Positions 54,473 to 63,447 of a stretch of 64,000 nucleotides of DNA are shown piece after piece. Positions within the stretch are counted from its first letter, which is position 1; every line of letters begins with the position of its first letter. Made by a program: the position numbers and the translations under genes. Origin of the DNA: a virus; IMG/VR virus record IMGVR_UViG_3300028800_001035, positions 8,464 through 72,463 of that record; one strand, written 5' to 3'. The notes below the pieces were generated by a model. It had not been told where the DNA came from and did not search any database. It saw only the letters and a list, made by a program, of their open reading frames with translations.

Positions 54473-55059
54473 TTCCCCTCCTTCGGCCCGACCAATTCGG
54501 CGCGCGTCAATTCGAATATCCCGATCAAGTCGCGCGGGAGCCGAAGCTCGAGCGGGACCTTCCCGGCGTCTTCCTTCTCGATCCGGCGGCGGACGAACGC
54601 CCGCCACGTCGCCGGGTGAATGTTGTCTTCGACCTCGTGCTCGATCGGACGCTTCCGCTTCTCGAGGTCGCGTATGAATTTGGCCGCGAGCTTCTCCTCC
54701 CCCTTGTCGAAGAAGGCCGTAACGACCTTCCGGACGATCGGGAAGCCGTGCGCGGCGAGCCAGGCGTGTACCGCCGGTTCGTCTTCCTTGCGGATCGTCC
54801 CGGAGATGACTTTCGACTTCTCGACGCTCCAGCCGCCGTCGAGCGGGACCGAAGAGACCCCGGCCTCGCGGAGCGCGGCGGGGAGCTCGAACTCCTCGAT
54901 CATCTTGACCTCCGCCGCGAACTTCGCGGCCTCGGCCTCGGCGACGGCTAGGTGCTTCTTCGCCTTCCACAACCGTCCCGCGATCGCGCGGATCGAGACG
55001 AGGGCTTGTGCCCCCGGCTCGACGCGCGGCTCGATCTCGGAGGGGTCGACGCGGATCAT
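54469..55059 (-). CDS. replication-module hypothetical protein
   Basis: Coiled coil then LP..L...G...IHPAT pattern seen near phage SSB genes. Confidence 0.6.
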   Translation of the reverse strand: MIRVDPSEIEPRVEPGAQALVSIRAIAGRLWKAKKHLAVAEAEAAKFAAEVKMIEEFELPAALREAGVSSVPLDGGWSVEKSKVISGTIRKEDEPAVHAWLAAHGFPIVRKVVTAFFDKGEEKLAAKFIRDLEKRKRPIEHEVEDNIHPATWRAFVRRRIEKEDAGKVPLELRLPRDLIGIFELTRAELVGPKEGK

Positions 55060-55060
55060 C

Positions 55061-55336
55061 CTAGAACCCGTTCGCCTTGCGCCAGCGCGCGAAGCGGAGG
55101 GCGCGCTCGTAGAAGTCGGGGCTCTCGGTCATACTCTCGACCAAGCCTTTGAAGGTAAGTCCCGAGACGCCGTCCCCGGCCTTGCGCGGCCACTCCGCCG
55201 CGAGGCGGTTCGAGACCTCGTCGTCGAGCGCCTTCTCCGGCGTTGCGTGAACGCGGCCCGCGTAGCCGGTATAGGCGGGCGTCGGCTTGACCGAAAACTC
55301 CTCGAGTCCGGGGATTGCGTATGAGTTCTCCGTCAT
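55061..55336 (-). CDS. hypothetical protein
   Basis: ATGA overlap start. Confidence 0.5.
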   Translation of the reverse strand: MTENSYAIPGLEEFSVKPTPAYTGYAGRVHATPEKALDDEVSNRLAAEWPRKAGDGVSGLTFKGLVESMTESPDFYERALRFARWRKANGF

Positions 55337-55701
55337 AGCGCGGCCTCGTACGGCGCGGCTTCGAGGAGAGCGGCGACGTGCTCGGGGAGGACTTCGCCGC
55401 GCTGGCATCCAATCGCTTCGTTCGCGTTGAAGAAGACGCCGTAGCCGTGCTCCCAACTCAAGCCGATATTTTTCGCGATCGTTTGCGCCTCGAAGTATGC
55501 CTCCTGGCTATTGACCGTCCGCCCCGTCGCGGACGAGAGGAGGAGGCCGAGCGCGCACGATGCGCAGACGTTATAGTCCCACTTGAAGCCGACCGGCCAC
55601 CGCTTCTCGTCGCGGAGGAGTGCGATCAACTCCCCCCTATTCTTGCGGACGAAGGACAGGGGGGCTTCCCCGGGATTCGGGTTTTTATCTTCGAGGTACA
55701 T
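55333..55701 (-). CDS. hypothetical protein
   Basis: ORF fills the gap between neighbours. Confidence 0.5.
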   Translation of the reverse strand: MYLEDKNPNPGEAPLSFVRKNRGELIALLRDEKRWPVGFKWDYNVCASCALGLLLSSATGRTVNSQEAYFEAQTIAKNIGLSWEHGYGVFFNANEAIGCQRGEVLPEHVAALLEAAPYEAAL

Positions 55702-55731
55702 AGCGAGGCCCTTTCGACTGGGTTGATAGGT

Positions 55732-56139
55732 CTACGGCGATTCGGAAGGTTTTGCGACAGCTATCTCGGGACGGCGCGCGGTTAGTTCGTGCCAGAGCTT
55801 CAATATGGGAATGTTATCCTCCGGCATATCGTCGAGGAGCTTCTCGAGGTCGACGTCGACCCCGGCTTGTAGCGCGCCGATCGCGGCGTTGAAGCGGGAG
55901 AGCCGACGCCAGCTCGCCGCAATCCGGGCCTTTTCGAGCTCGCCGAGGGTCTCGAGCATAGCGGCGGCGACGGCGGACTTGATCTGCCGCGTCGGGTCGG
56001 TCTCCATCCAATGGTTGTGCGTCTTTCGCATCGCCTTGCGGAGGCGCTCCTCGACGTCGGGCTCGCCCTTGCAAGCGTCGCGCGCCTCTTCGATCGCTAT
56101 GACCATTCCGCCGGTTATGTCTTCGCCGAGTCGGCTCAT
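55732..56139 (-). CDS. hypothetical protein
   Basis: RBS ggag, ATGA overlap. Confidence 0.55.
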   Translation of the reverse strand: MSRLGEDITGGMVIAIEEARDACKGEPDVEERLRKAMRKTHNHWMETDPTRQIKSAVAAAMLETLGELEKARIAASWRRLSRFNAAIGALQAGVDVDLEKLLDDMPEDNIPILKLWHELTARRPEIAVAKPSESP

Positions 56140-56540
56140 TGCGGTTCTCCGGTATCGAGGACGAGAGGGGCGTAGGCGTTGAGGCGGCGCTCCCATTTCA
56201 AGACGCGGAGCTTGCCGGTCTCCGAGGTCCCGACGATCGCCGCCGCCGCAACGAGTAGCGCCTGATCGCCGACGAGGACGAGATAGTCCTCTTCGCGAAA
56301 GTCGGCGAGCTTCTCGCGGAGCATCGCGAGGTAGGGCTTGAGGTTGCCGGGCGGGCTCCCGTCGGGCGTCACCTTGACGACGTCGCCGAAGTTCGCGGCG
56401 CTCTCCATCGGGAGGAACGGCTCGAGCTCGCCGGTCTCTAGGTCCTTCTTGAGGGGCTCGTTGATTATGAAAACCCGGGGCGGTCGGGCGATGCCTTGTT
56501 CTTCGGTACTCACTTGCTTTCCTTCGCGTTTGTTCGTCAT
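56136..56540 (-). CDS. hypothetical protein
   Basis: A..FG...DYLVLVGD...VLKWER pattern. Confidence 0.55.
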   Translation of the reverse strand: MTNKREGKQVSTEEQGIARPPRVFIINEPLKKDLETGELEPFLPMESAANFGDVVKVTPDGSPPGNLKPYLAMLREKLADFREEDYLVLVGDQALLVAAAAIVGTSETGKLRVLKWERRLNAYAPLVLDTGEPQ

Positions 56541-56977
56541 ACGACTTCCCGGACTTCGACGCCCGCCTTCCGCGCCCGCTCGATCATGTCGGCGGTCCCC
56601 GTCCCGCCGGGGAAGGCGACGACGAGGTCGGGCTTTTGCTCGAGCATTTTCGCGTTGCGGACGTGACCCGCGAGCGCGTCGTAGGGCTTGCGGTCCTTCT
56701 TCCGGAGCTTGATCACCGCGCCGGGGCGGGTGATGTTTTCCCAATCCGCCGGGAAGGAGCGCCACGGGAAGCCCTTCTTCCCGGCCCAGCCCTCGGCGAT
56801 CGAGTCCGCGCCTCGCGCCCCGCCGTGGATCAACTCGAACTTCCCGACCTCGAGCGCGAGCGCGTCGAGGACGGCGGCGATCCGGGCCCGCTCCGCCGCC
56901 CGGCGCGGAAACTCGAGGGGCTTGTTGGCGTCGATCCGGCCGTAGTCCCGGCCGCCGCAGACGAGGACGACCTTCAT
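56537..56977 (-). CDS. YspA/SLOG family protein (DUF2493-like)
   Basis: VCGGRDY, IHGGARGAD, RNAKML, VAFPGGTGTADM. Confidence 0.85.
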   Translation of the reverse strand: MKVVLVCGGRDYGRIDANKPLEFPRRAAERARIAAVLDALALEVGKFELIHGGARGADSIAEGWAGKKGFPWRSFPADWENITRPGAVIKLRKKDRKPYDALAGHVRNAKMLEQKPDLVVAFPGGTGTADMIERARKAGVEVREVV

Positions 56978-57411
56978 AGGATTACCTGCCCGCCATAGGT
57001 TGCCGAAGCGATAGTCGTTGATGCTTCGTGACCGTTTTTTCGTCCGGTTATCGTCGAGCCGTCGAGGACGAGCAATCCGTTCATACTGACGTCGAAAACC
57101 AGGTCATCGCGGTCGGGCTCGAATATAATTTCGCAGTCGCGGAGCACGAGGTGCGCCGCTTGCGTGACCTTTATCGTCCGCGAGATGAGAAACCGCGCGC
57201 CGCGAAGCGTCCCCTGTCCCGCGATCCCCGCGAAGCCGTCGATCGTCCGGAACGGTCTCCCCTCAATCATCGCCTGTATCGCGTCGGTATCGTCCGCGAC
57301 GCCGTCTCCGGTCAAGAGCGGAAGGTCGAGGAGCTTGAGGGACGACGGGACCGCCGCGACGGCGGCGACGGTTAGAAGCCCTCCGAGGAAGGAACGACGG
57401 GAGACGTTCAC
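56974..57411 (-). CDS. Tat-signal protein with pectate-lyase-3-like N-terminal motif
   Basis: SRRSFLG twin-arginine motif; GDGVADDTDAIQA. Confidence 0.65.
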   Translation of the reverse strand: MNVSRRSFLGGLLTVAAVAAVPSSLKLLDLPLLTGDGVADDTDAIQAMIEGRPFRTIDGFAGIAGQGTLRGARFLISRTIKVTQAAHLVLRDCEIIFEPDRDDLVFDVSMNGLLVLDGSTITGRKNGHEASTTIASATYGGQVIL

Positions 57412-57626
57412 GACGGCTTCTCCTCTTCGACTTCTTCCTTCGTCTGCCACTTGTGGCACGGCGTCGTCTTCTCGTCGACGGTCGGGTACGCCGTCACGAG
57501 CCCGACGCCCGGAACGGGGAACGACGACGGCGACCGCTCGATGCACATCTTGATTCGGAAGTTGATCCTCCCCGACGGGTCCTGCGCCGGAACGGCGTGA
57601 AAGCAATTCATGCAGTTGTCGGTCAT
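57408..57626 (-). CDS. small Cys-rich protein
   Basis: CxxC...C...C. Confidence 0.5.
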   Translation of the reverse strand: MTDNCMNCFHAVPAQDPSGRINFRIKMCIERSPSSFPVPGVGLVTAYPTVDEKTTPCHKWQTKEEVEEEKPS

Positions 57627-58120
57627 TTGATCCTTCCCTGCGCGACGGCGGTAACGAACGCGCGGTCCGGGGCTTCGGCCTTCGCCTTCTCGGCCTCGCG
57701 CGCAGCGATCTCGGCGCGCTTCCTATCCGCGATCAGGCCGTCGATCTTCTCGCAGTCACGCCATTCTTTCCGGTAAACGTAGCGCGTTTCACCTACAAAG
57801 CCGCTTCCACCTCCCGACGTTGGAATGGCGCTTGTCGTTCCATAGTCGACGTGCCGCGAGCAAATCTTCTCCGCGCGGTCAAGCGGGGTCTCGGGCCCAG
57901 CATCCTCGATACGAGAGAAGGTTGTTGCGGAACTCAATGTAATCACTGTCGAACCAGCCGGTGTTCCTGGCGGGCATTTGACTGCCTTCTGCGTTTGGGA
58001 GCCATCATCCAATAGGCACCATGTGCCACCATCTGTCGGATAATATTGGATGTTATCGTAAGGCTGCCCTGCGAGCGCGGGCGTCGCGGCAAAGAGGAAG
58101 GCGGCGAGGGCGATCTTCAC
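57623..58120 (-). CDS. secreted protein
   Basis: KIALAAFLFAATPALA signal peptide; Cys pairs. Confidence 0.6.
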   Translation of the reverse strand: MKIALAAFLFAATPALAGQPYDNIQYYPTDGGTWCLLDDGSQTQKAVKCPPGTPAGSTVITLSSATTFSRIEDAGPETPLDRAEKICSRHVDYGTTSAIPTSGGGSGFVGETRYVYRKEWRDCEKIDGLIADRKRAEIAAREAEKAKAEAPDRAFVTAVAQGRIK

Positions 58121-58770
58121 GGTAGGGACCTCCATTGCGACAAATAGTTGACGATTCTTTCCCAGAAGCCCTCGCGGCCGTCGAAGCGGATCGCCATCCC
58201 GACGACGCGTCCGGTCCGCGACTTTGGGCCGAAAAACGGCTCCGGCGCAGGGTCGCCGCCGTAGGTACAGTACGAGAGGGCGAGATCGTTGGCGGATAAA
58301 TTTAGCGCGTAAGTGTTCTCGGCGCGGCGACGGTCTTCTCCTTTGCCGCTGCAGAACAACGTCGAGTCGGCGAGCATGATTTCCTGATCAGCGTCCTTAA
58401 AGATGATAAAGACGAGGGTTCGCCCGGCGTCGCCCCTGACAATAATGTGTTCGAAGCAGACGGAACGTTTCTCGCCCCGGACGTTGACTTCGAACGGGTG
58501 CTTCGGATCGGCGGTAATGTCGTGATAGACGATCGCCCCTTGCGGGCAGTCGGAATGATTTAGCGTCCAAGTCGCGCAGGTCGAGCCACCGCCGTCGGGG
58601 CAAGTCACGTTGAACGAATAAGGTTTGGTCCTATCCGCGACCTGAACCGTATCCGTATGCGGCGGAAACGTCACCGCCGCGAGCGCGGGGTCGATCGCGT
58701 GAAGTAGGCCGAGGGTCGCGGCGAGGAGGAGCGCGGCGATTGCGAAGAAGCGGAGGAGGTTGAGGGTCAT
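58117..58770 (-). CDS. secreted/periplasmic protein
   Basis: Hydrophobic N-terminus ending PALA; six Cys. Confidence 0.6.
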   Translation of the reverse strand: MTLNLLRFFAIAALLLAATLGLLHAIDPALAAVTFPPHTDTVQVADRTKPYSFNVTCPDGGGSTCATWTLNHSDCPQGAIVYHDITADPKHPFEVNVRGEKRSVCFEHIIVRGDAGRTLVFIIFKDADQEIMLADSTLFCSGKGEDRRRAENTYALNLSANDLALSYCTYGGDPAPEPFFGPKSRTGRVVGMAIRFDGREGFWERIVNYLSQWRSLP

Positions 58771-58771
58771 G

Positions 58772-59035
58772 CTAGTCGAGTCCCGTTTCGGGTCGCGCCG
58801 TGAGGACGGCGGCGGCCATCTGCGCGAACGTCCGCGCGAGCTCGTCGCGGCGCTCTTGCGACTTCGGAAGCCAGAACGTGACCGCGCTCCGGTCGTCGTC
58901 GGCGGGCGGATGATGCAATCGTTCCGACGAATGAAGGATCAACTGCACCGCGCTGTAGGTCAGCCCGGTGTTGCTCTTCTTCTCGAGGACGACGACCTCG
59001 TTCGTCAGTTCTTGGCTGTAGACGTTGATTCTCAT
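58772..59035 (-). CDS. hypothetical protein
   Basis: MRINVYSQEL...DDDRSAVTFW. Confidence 0.6.
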   Translation of the reverse strand: MRINVYSQELTNEVVVLEKKSNTGLTYSAVQLILHSSERLHHPPADDDRSAVTFWLPKSQERRDELARTFAQMAAAVLTARPETGLD

Positions 59036-59048
59036 AATTTTGTCCTAA

Positions 59049-59366
59049 TCACGGGAAGCACCTCGTTCCCTTGCGCGGAAGGATCGTCGAGCCGCGCAAG
59101 ATATATTCGCAGCCGGTCTTCGCGTCGGTCGCGACGTCGAAGCCGGAAGTATGCCAGCGGTCCTTGTCGGAATCGTCGCCGCCGGAGAGGAGGCGCAAAA
59201 CGAGGACGACTGCAAGATATAGTAGCCAGAGCGGGCCGAGGTACGTGCCGATTCCGATCGCGACGCCGTGCGCCTTGTTCGCGTAGCGCGCCCGTTCCGC
59301 CCTCGCGCCCTCCTTCGACGCCGGGTCCTTTATGATGTTCACTTCAACGGCCATATCGGATTTCAT
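59049..59366 (-). CDS. membrane protein
   Basis: Transmembrane segment; TDAKTGCEY motif. Confidence 0.55.
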   Translation of the reverse strand: MKSDMAVEVNIIKDPASKEGARAERARYANKAHGVAIGIGTYLGPLWLLYLAVVLVLRLLSGGDDSDKDRWHTSGFDVATDAKTGCEYILRGSTILPRKGTRCFP

Positions 59367-59584
59367 TTCTTTTCTCCACGCTTGATCCCGGCCGTCCAGC
59401 GGTTTTCGCCCGGCAAGACAGATAGAGCGAACGGAATAGATGCTGGCCACGACAATCCGAGGACGAGATATCCCGCGAAGTTTATCTGGTGCTCCGGCGT
59501 AACGTAGGCGCGGTCCATCGCGTCGAGCCACGCTCCGAAGAATAACCCGATAACCGCGTAAGAAATGAGAATAAGATATTTCAC
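59363..59584 (-). CDS. small membrane protein
   Basis: Two transmembrane segments. Confidence 0.55.
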   Translation of the reverse strand: MKYLILISYAVIGLFFGAWLDAMDRAYVTPEHQINFAGYLVLGLSWPASIPFALSVLPGENRWTAGIKRGEKK

Positions 59585-59739
59585 GGCTCCCTCCGTAGAA
59601 CCTTGGCCGATACTTTAACGCCGTCCGGGAAGCCGAGGGCGTCGAGTATCAAATCGCAGACGTTATCCGCTGCCTCGGCGTCTTTCATATCGCAAGCGTC
59701 CTTCGCTTCCATCTCGACCTCGAATACGATCTTGCTCAC
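59581..59739 (-). CDS. hypothetical protein
   Basis: GTG start with overlap. Confidence 0.45.
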   Translation of the reverse strand: MSKIVFEVEMEAKDACDMKDAEAADNVCDLILDALGFPDGVKVSAKVLRREP

Positions 59740-60128
59740 GACTCCCCTCCGTCTTTGAATCCCGGGAGGAACCGGACGCCGACCGTCGGGACGATCGCGG
59801 GCCGCCAGACATTGCCGCAGCGCTGGCACGCGTGGGTATGGTGCGGCTTCGTCGCGAACTCGCCCTCGTCGACGTGGAGGGCTTTGCATTCCGGACAGAC
59901 GAGGCGGAGCGGGATCGGAGCGGAGGTCGCCGACGCTTCTTGCGCGCCGAGCGGCCATACGACGTCGATGACAGTCGTCTTAAGCAAGGGCTCGCGCGGC
60001 GTATTGGGATAAGCCCTATTCGCGCGGCGCTCCGCTTCCGTCGCTCTCTCGTAAATAGTATTTACGAATGCGAACGCTTCCTCGAGCGTCATGCGTCGAA
60101 CGAATAGTACCGGCGGTTCCATCGTCAT
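59736..60128 (-). CDS. zinc-finger protein
   Basis: CPEC...H...HHTHACQRC. Confidence 0.6.
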   Translation of the reverse strand: MTMEPPVLFVRRMTLEEAFAFVNTIYERATEAERRANRAYPNTPREPLLKTTVIDVVWPLGAQEASATSAPIPLRLVCPECKALHVDEGEFATKPHHTHACQRCGNVWRPAIVPTVGVRFLPGFKDGGES

Positions 60129-61846
60129 CCCTTCCTCCCAATCTTCCCCATCACGTATTCGGCGGGCTCCGCCTTAGCGGCGTGCGCCTCGCGCTTGACC
60201 TCGTCGAAGGTGTCGTTCGCGAGGAGGTCGACGATCAAGGTCCCGGCGTGACGCCCCGCGACCTCGGCCCGATCTTCGGATTGCGACCGCTTCCGGTTCG
60301 AGAACCCATTCTCGACGTAGCACATCCACGACGCCGCGCGCCCGTCGAGGCCGCGACCGAGCGAACTCTCCTTCGTGACGATCAGGTCGGCGATCCCCCT
60401 CTTGAACCGGGAGAGGTTGACGAGTTTGTCCTCGTCGTCGACCTTGCCGTCGTAGCGAACGACCTTCCGGCCCATCGCCTTGGCGAAACCGAGAACCGCG
60501 TCGACGGTCTCGTCGAAAACGGCCCAGACTATTCCCGGCTCGGGGTTCATCCGGAGGACGTCTCCGAACGCGTCGAGCCTCGGATTGCTCTTCGGGTCGA
60601 CGATCGTCTTCGCGGTCTTGAAGATTACCGCGCCGACGTCGTTGCAGGCGAAGCAACCGTCCCCCTGACAATTCGCGCAAATCATCGGGAGCTTCTCGCC
60701 CGGGACGTAGTTGCTCGCGACCTGATCGAGCCGGATCATCCGCGTTAAGACGTGGGCGGCGCTAACCTTCTTGCCGGTCCGGAGCTCGGCCTCGAACTCG
60801 GTGCGCAGGGGGTCGTAGACGGCGCGCTGGGCGGGCGAGAGGTCGAAGTGATAGGGCCGGTAGAGCTTGTCGGGGATGTCGAAGACGTCCTTCCTCCGAA
60901 CGCGGAAGCTAACCGTCGCGAGGCGGTCGGCGAGAACGTCGAGATTTTGGAACTTCTTCCGCCCGAGCTCGTCGACGGCCTGGACCGGGAAGAAGTTCTG
61001 CTTCGGGACGCCGGTCTTCTTGTCCTTGATCCAGACTTCCTTCTGCTCCCACTCCGCATAGAAACGCTTGAAGTCGGACCACTTCTCGAAGCCTAGTACG
61101 TTGCGGTCGAGGAAGGAGAGCTGCGCGAAGAGGTCGAGCGGGTTCTCGTCGGACGGCGTCCCGTCGAGGACGCGCCGGATAATCGAGCCCGGGAGCTTCT
61201 TGATCGCTTCGAGGACGCGGGCCCGGACGTTGCCGGGCTGGCTCGCGAGGAGCGAGGTCTCGTCGGCGACGACGAGCGCGCGGCGGGTCCGGAGGAAGAG
61301 GCTTATCGCCTTGCGGGCGGTTACGGAGGCGAGCGCCTCGCCGTTGACGAAGAGACACGCGAGGCCGTGATGCTCGACGAGCTCGCGGAGTTCCTTCGCA
61401 TAGTAGACGTTGTCGGAGAGGGAAGAGCGCCAGACCATCGTCTTGGCGCGGACCGGCTCGGGGAGGCGGAGCTTGGCCTCGTCGTCCCAGTTGAACGGAA
61501 CGCCGCCCGGCATCGAGATTGTCAGGAGCGCGTCGATCCCGCGCGTCGCCCAGGACGCCGGGCGGTAGACCGACTTCGGGGCCGCCGGGAGGTCGCGTAT
61601 CCGGTTGAAGTCGCGGAGCTTGGGGAGTTCGGCGGCGAGCTTCGGGCCGAAGCCGCCCGCGTTGATGAAACGCCCGTAGTGATAAACCGTCGCGCCGAGG
61701 GTCACGATAGTTTTCCCCGTGCGCTGTTCCATCAAGAGCGCGGCGAGGCGCATCCCGACGGTCGCCTGGTGCGCCTCCTCCTGCTTCTCGTACGGGGCTT
61801 GTCCCGGCGGCCAGGTCAATAGCTCTTGGAGCGTTGGGAGGGTCAC
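60125..61846 (-). CDS. SNF2-like SF2 helicase
   Basis: EQRTGKT, DETS, DGTP, LFAQLSFL, GRGLD, QSEDRA. Confidence 0.85.
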   Translation of the reverse strand: MTLPTLQELLTWPPGQAPYEKQEEAHQATVGMRLAALLMEQRTGKTIVTLGATVYHYGRFINAGGFGPKLAAELPKLRDFNRIRDLPAAPKSVYRPASWATRGIDALLTISMPGGVPFNWDDEAKLRLPEPVRAKTMVWRSSLSDNVYYAKELRELVEHHGLACLFVNGEALASVTARKAISLFLRTRRALVVADETSLLASQPGNVRARVLEAIKKLPGSIIRRVLDGTPSDENPLDLFAQLSFLDRNVLGFEKWSDFKRFYAEWEQKEVWIKDKKTGVPKQNFFPVQAVDELGRKKFQNLDVLADRLATVSFRVRRKDVFDIPDKLYRPYHFDLSPAQRAVYDPLRTEFEAELRTGKKVSAAHVLTRMIRLDQVASNYVPGEKLPMICANCQGDGCFACNDVGAVIFKTAKTIVDPKSNPRLDAFGDVLRMNPEPGIVWAVFDETVDAVLGFAKAMGRKVVRYDGKVDDEDKLVNLSRFKRGIADLIVTKESSLGRGLDGRAASWMCYVENGFSNRKRSQSEDRAEVAGRHAGTLIVDLLANDTFDEVKREAHAAKAEPAEYVMGKIGRKG

Positions 61847-62157
61847 GGCTTCAACCTCGGGTCGGATTTGTAGATATAGAACTCGACGATCCGCCCGTCG
61901 GAGGTCAGGCAATAGTAGGGGGAGCCGACCTGACCCGTCGTCAAGTGCCCGCCGTGCGCGTGACAATCGGCACGATAGTCTTCGCGGAGCGAGAGCCATT
62001 CTTTTTCCCAGCGCGGAGGCGAAGCGACGAACCTAATCGCCCAATAGTTGAGGACGACGGCGATACCGCACAATGAAAAAACCGCGACCGCGCTCAAAGC
62101 AATCGCGCGCCCGGCCTCCTTGGGGCTGCTTCGCAAAGACTCGCCCCTCCCTATCAC
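61843..62157 (-). CDS. membrane protein
   Basis: One transmembrane segment; overlaps both neighbours. Confidence 0.5.
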   Translation of the reverse strand: MIGRGESLRSSPKEAGRAIALSAVAVFSLCGIAVVLNYWAIRFVASPPRWEKEWLSLREDYRADCHAHGGHLTTGQVGSPYYCLTSDGRIVEFYIYKSDPRLKP

Positions 62158-62393
62158 GGCCCGCTTCCCCCGACCTTCGAGGCGACCTTCCCGACCGCTT
62201 CAACGACGCGGACGATCCGGCGCTTCTCGAGGCCCTCGCGGTCGGCAATCACGATCAGGGCTTCGAGGGAGGCGGCGAAGTCGAGCTCCTTCTGGCGCTG
62301 CCAGGAGTTGAGCATCGCGACCGCGACGTCGGTCGGGGTTCGCGGGGTTATCGAGGGTTCGGGCGGAGGCGGGCGGCGGAAGAGGGTGAACAT
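62154..62393 (-). CDS. hypothetical protein
   Basis: Tight packing. Confidence 0.5.
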   Translation of the reverse strand: MFTLFRRPPPPEPSITPRTPTDVAVAMLNSWQRQKELDFAASLEALIVIADREGLEKRRIVRVVEAVGKVASKVGGSGP

Positions 62394-62397
62394 CGGA

Positions 62398-63303
62398 TCA
62401 GGTCCCTTCGGTTGGTTTGAGCATCTCGTCGACGATCTCTTGCGCGAGGATCAGACCCTGCTCGAGGCCTTCGTCGTATTCGTTGCGCGCTTTCCAGATA
62501 CCGCCCCCTCCGACGTTGAAGTTCTTCGAGACGAAGTCGACTCGGGCCCGGTCGATTGCCCGCCGCAATTCTTTGAGCGCCGCCCCCCTGATCTCCGCGC
62601 CACCCAGCATCCGCCCGAGGACGAGCGCGTGATATTCGGGGGAGAGGGCAGGGGGTTGCTCGATTAGGACCGTCCGGACGGCGGCGAGGACGGAATCCGG
62701 CGCGGAATGCTTCCCACAATACGCCCCCCACAAGCGGCCCGCGAACTCCCCCGGCGTCTCGACGAAGGGCCAGCGCGTGAGCTTCGGGTAGGTCCGCGAG
62801 GCGTAGTCGGCGGCGTCGGCCTCCATCGTTCCGGGGACCCGGGCGATCGCGTCGACCGCAATCTCGGCGAGCTCGCGCCGGTCGCTTCGAAGGTGCAGCG
62901 AGCGCGAACGAAAATGCTCCCCGATACTCGCCGCGAAGGCGAGCTCGACTTCGCCGATTAGCCGCTCGCGCGGGATGACGATTTCGTCCTCGTCGCTAGG
63001 AATTTTTCCCTCGTCGTTGTCCGGGCGGATTGCCCTCGGCGGCGCGAGCGCCGGGTCGTAGGAAAGGTCGACCTCGAAGGCCGGGAGATCGCCGAAGGGG
63101 GTTTGATAGGTCTCCGACGTCGATTCTCCGGGGCGCGGAGGTGGGCTAGGCGGCGATTCGAGGGCTAGGGCGTAGTCGGATACCGCCCCGAGGGCTTCGA
63201 GGGCCTCCGCGAGCGTCGGATGCCTTCTCGCGGTAATCTGGAAAGGGACGAGGGCGGCGACTAGGCGGGCGGCAATCCGCTCGAGGTCGGGGTCGGTCAT
63301 CAT
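62398..63303 (-). CDS. hypothetical protein
   Basis: Preceded by the conserved leader motif. Confidence 0.6.
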   Translation of the reverse strand: MMTDPDLERIAARLVAALVPFQITARRHPTLAEALEALGAVSDYALALESPPSPPPRPGESTSETYQTPFGDLPAFEVDLSYDPALAPPRAIRPDNDEGKIPSDEDEIVIPRERLIGEVELAFAASIGEHFRSRSLHLRSDRRELAEIAVDAIARVPGTMEADAADYASRTYPKLTRWPFVETPGEFAGRLWGAYCGKHSAPDSVLAAVRTVLIEQPPALSPEYHALVLGRMLGGAEIRGAALKELRRAIDRARVDFVSKNFNVGGGGIWKARNEYDEGLEQGLILAQEIVDEMLKPTEGT

Positions 63304-63424
63304 CGTCTCCGGTTATTCGACCCCGCCTCCGAGGGTGACGCATCGGAGGCGGGGCCGGGGCTAGTAGGCCGGGGAGCGGGGTAGCCCCTCCGGGCGACTC
63401 GAGGTTAGGCGAGGAAAAGGAAAG
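63303..63424 (-). promoter_or_regulatory. structured leader with degenerate promoter motif
   Basis: Leader motif 63303-63316, 12-bp hairpin 63321-63354, second stem 63357-63388, CTTTCCTTTTCCTC at 63411-63424. Confidence 0.5.
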
Positions 63425-63447
63425 TGGCTACAGCTAAATTTGGTGAG

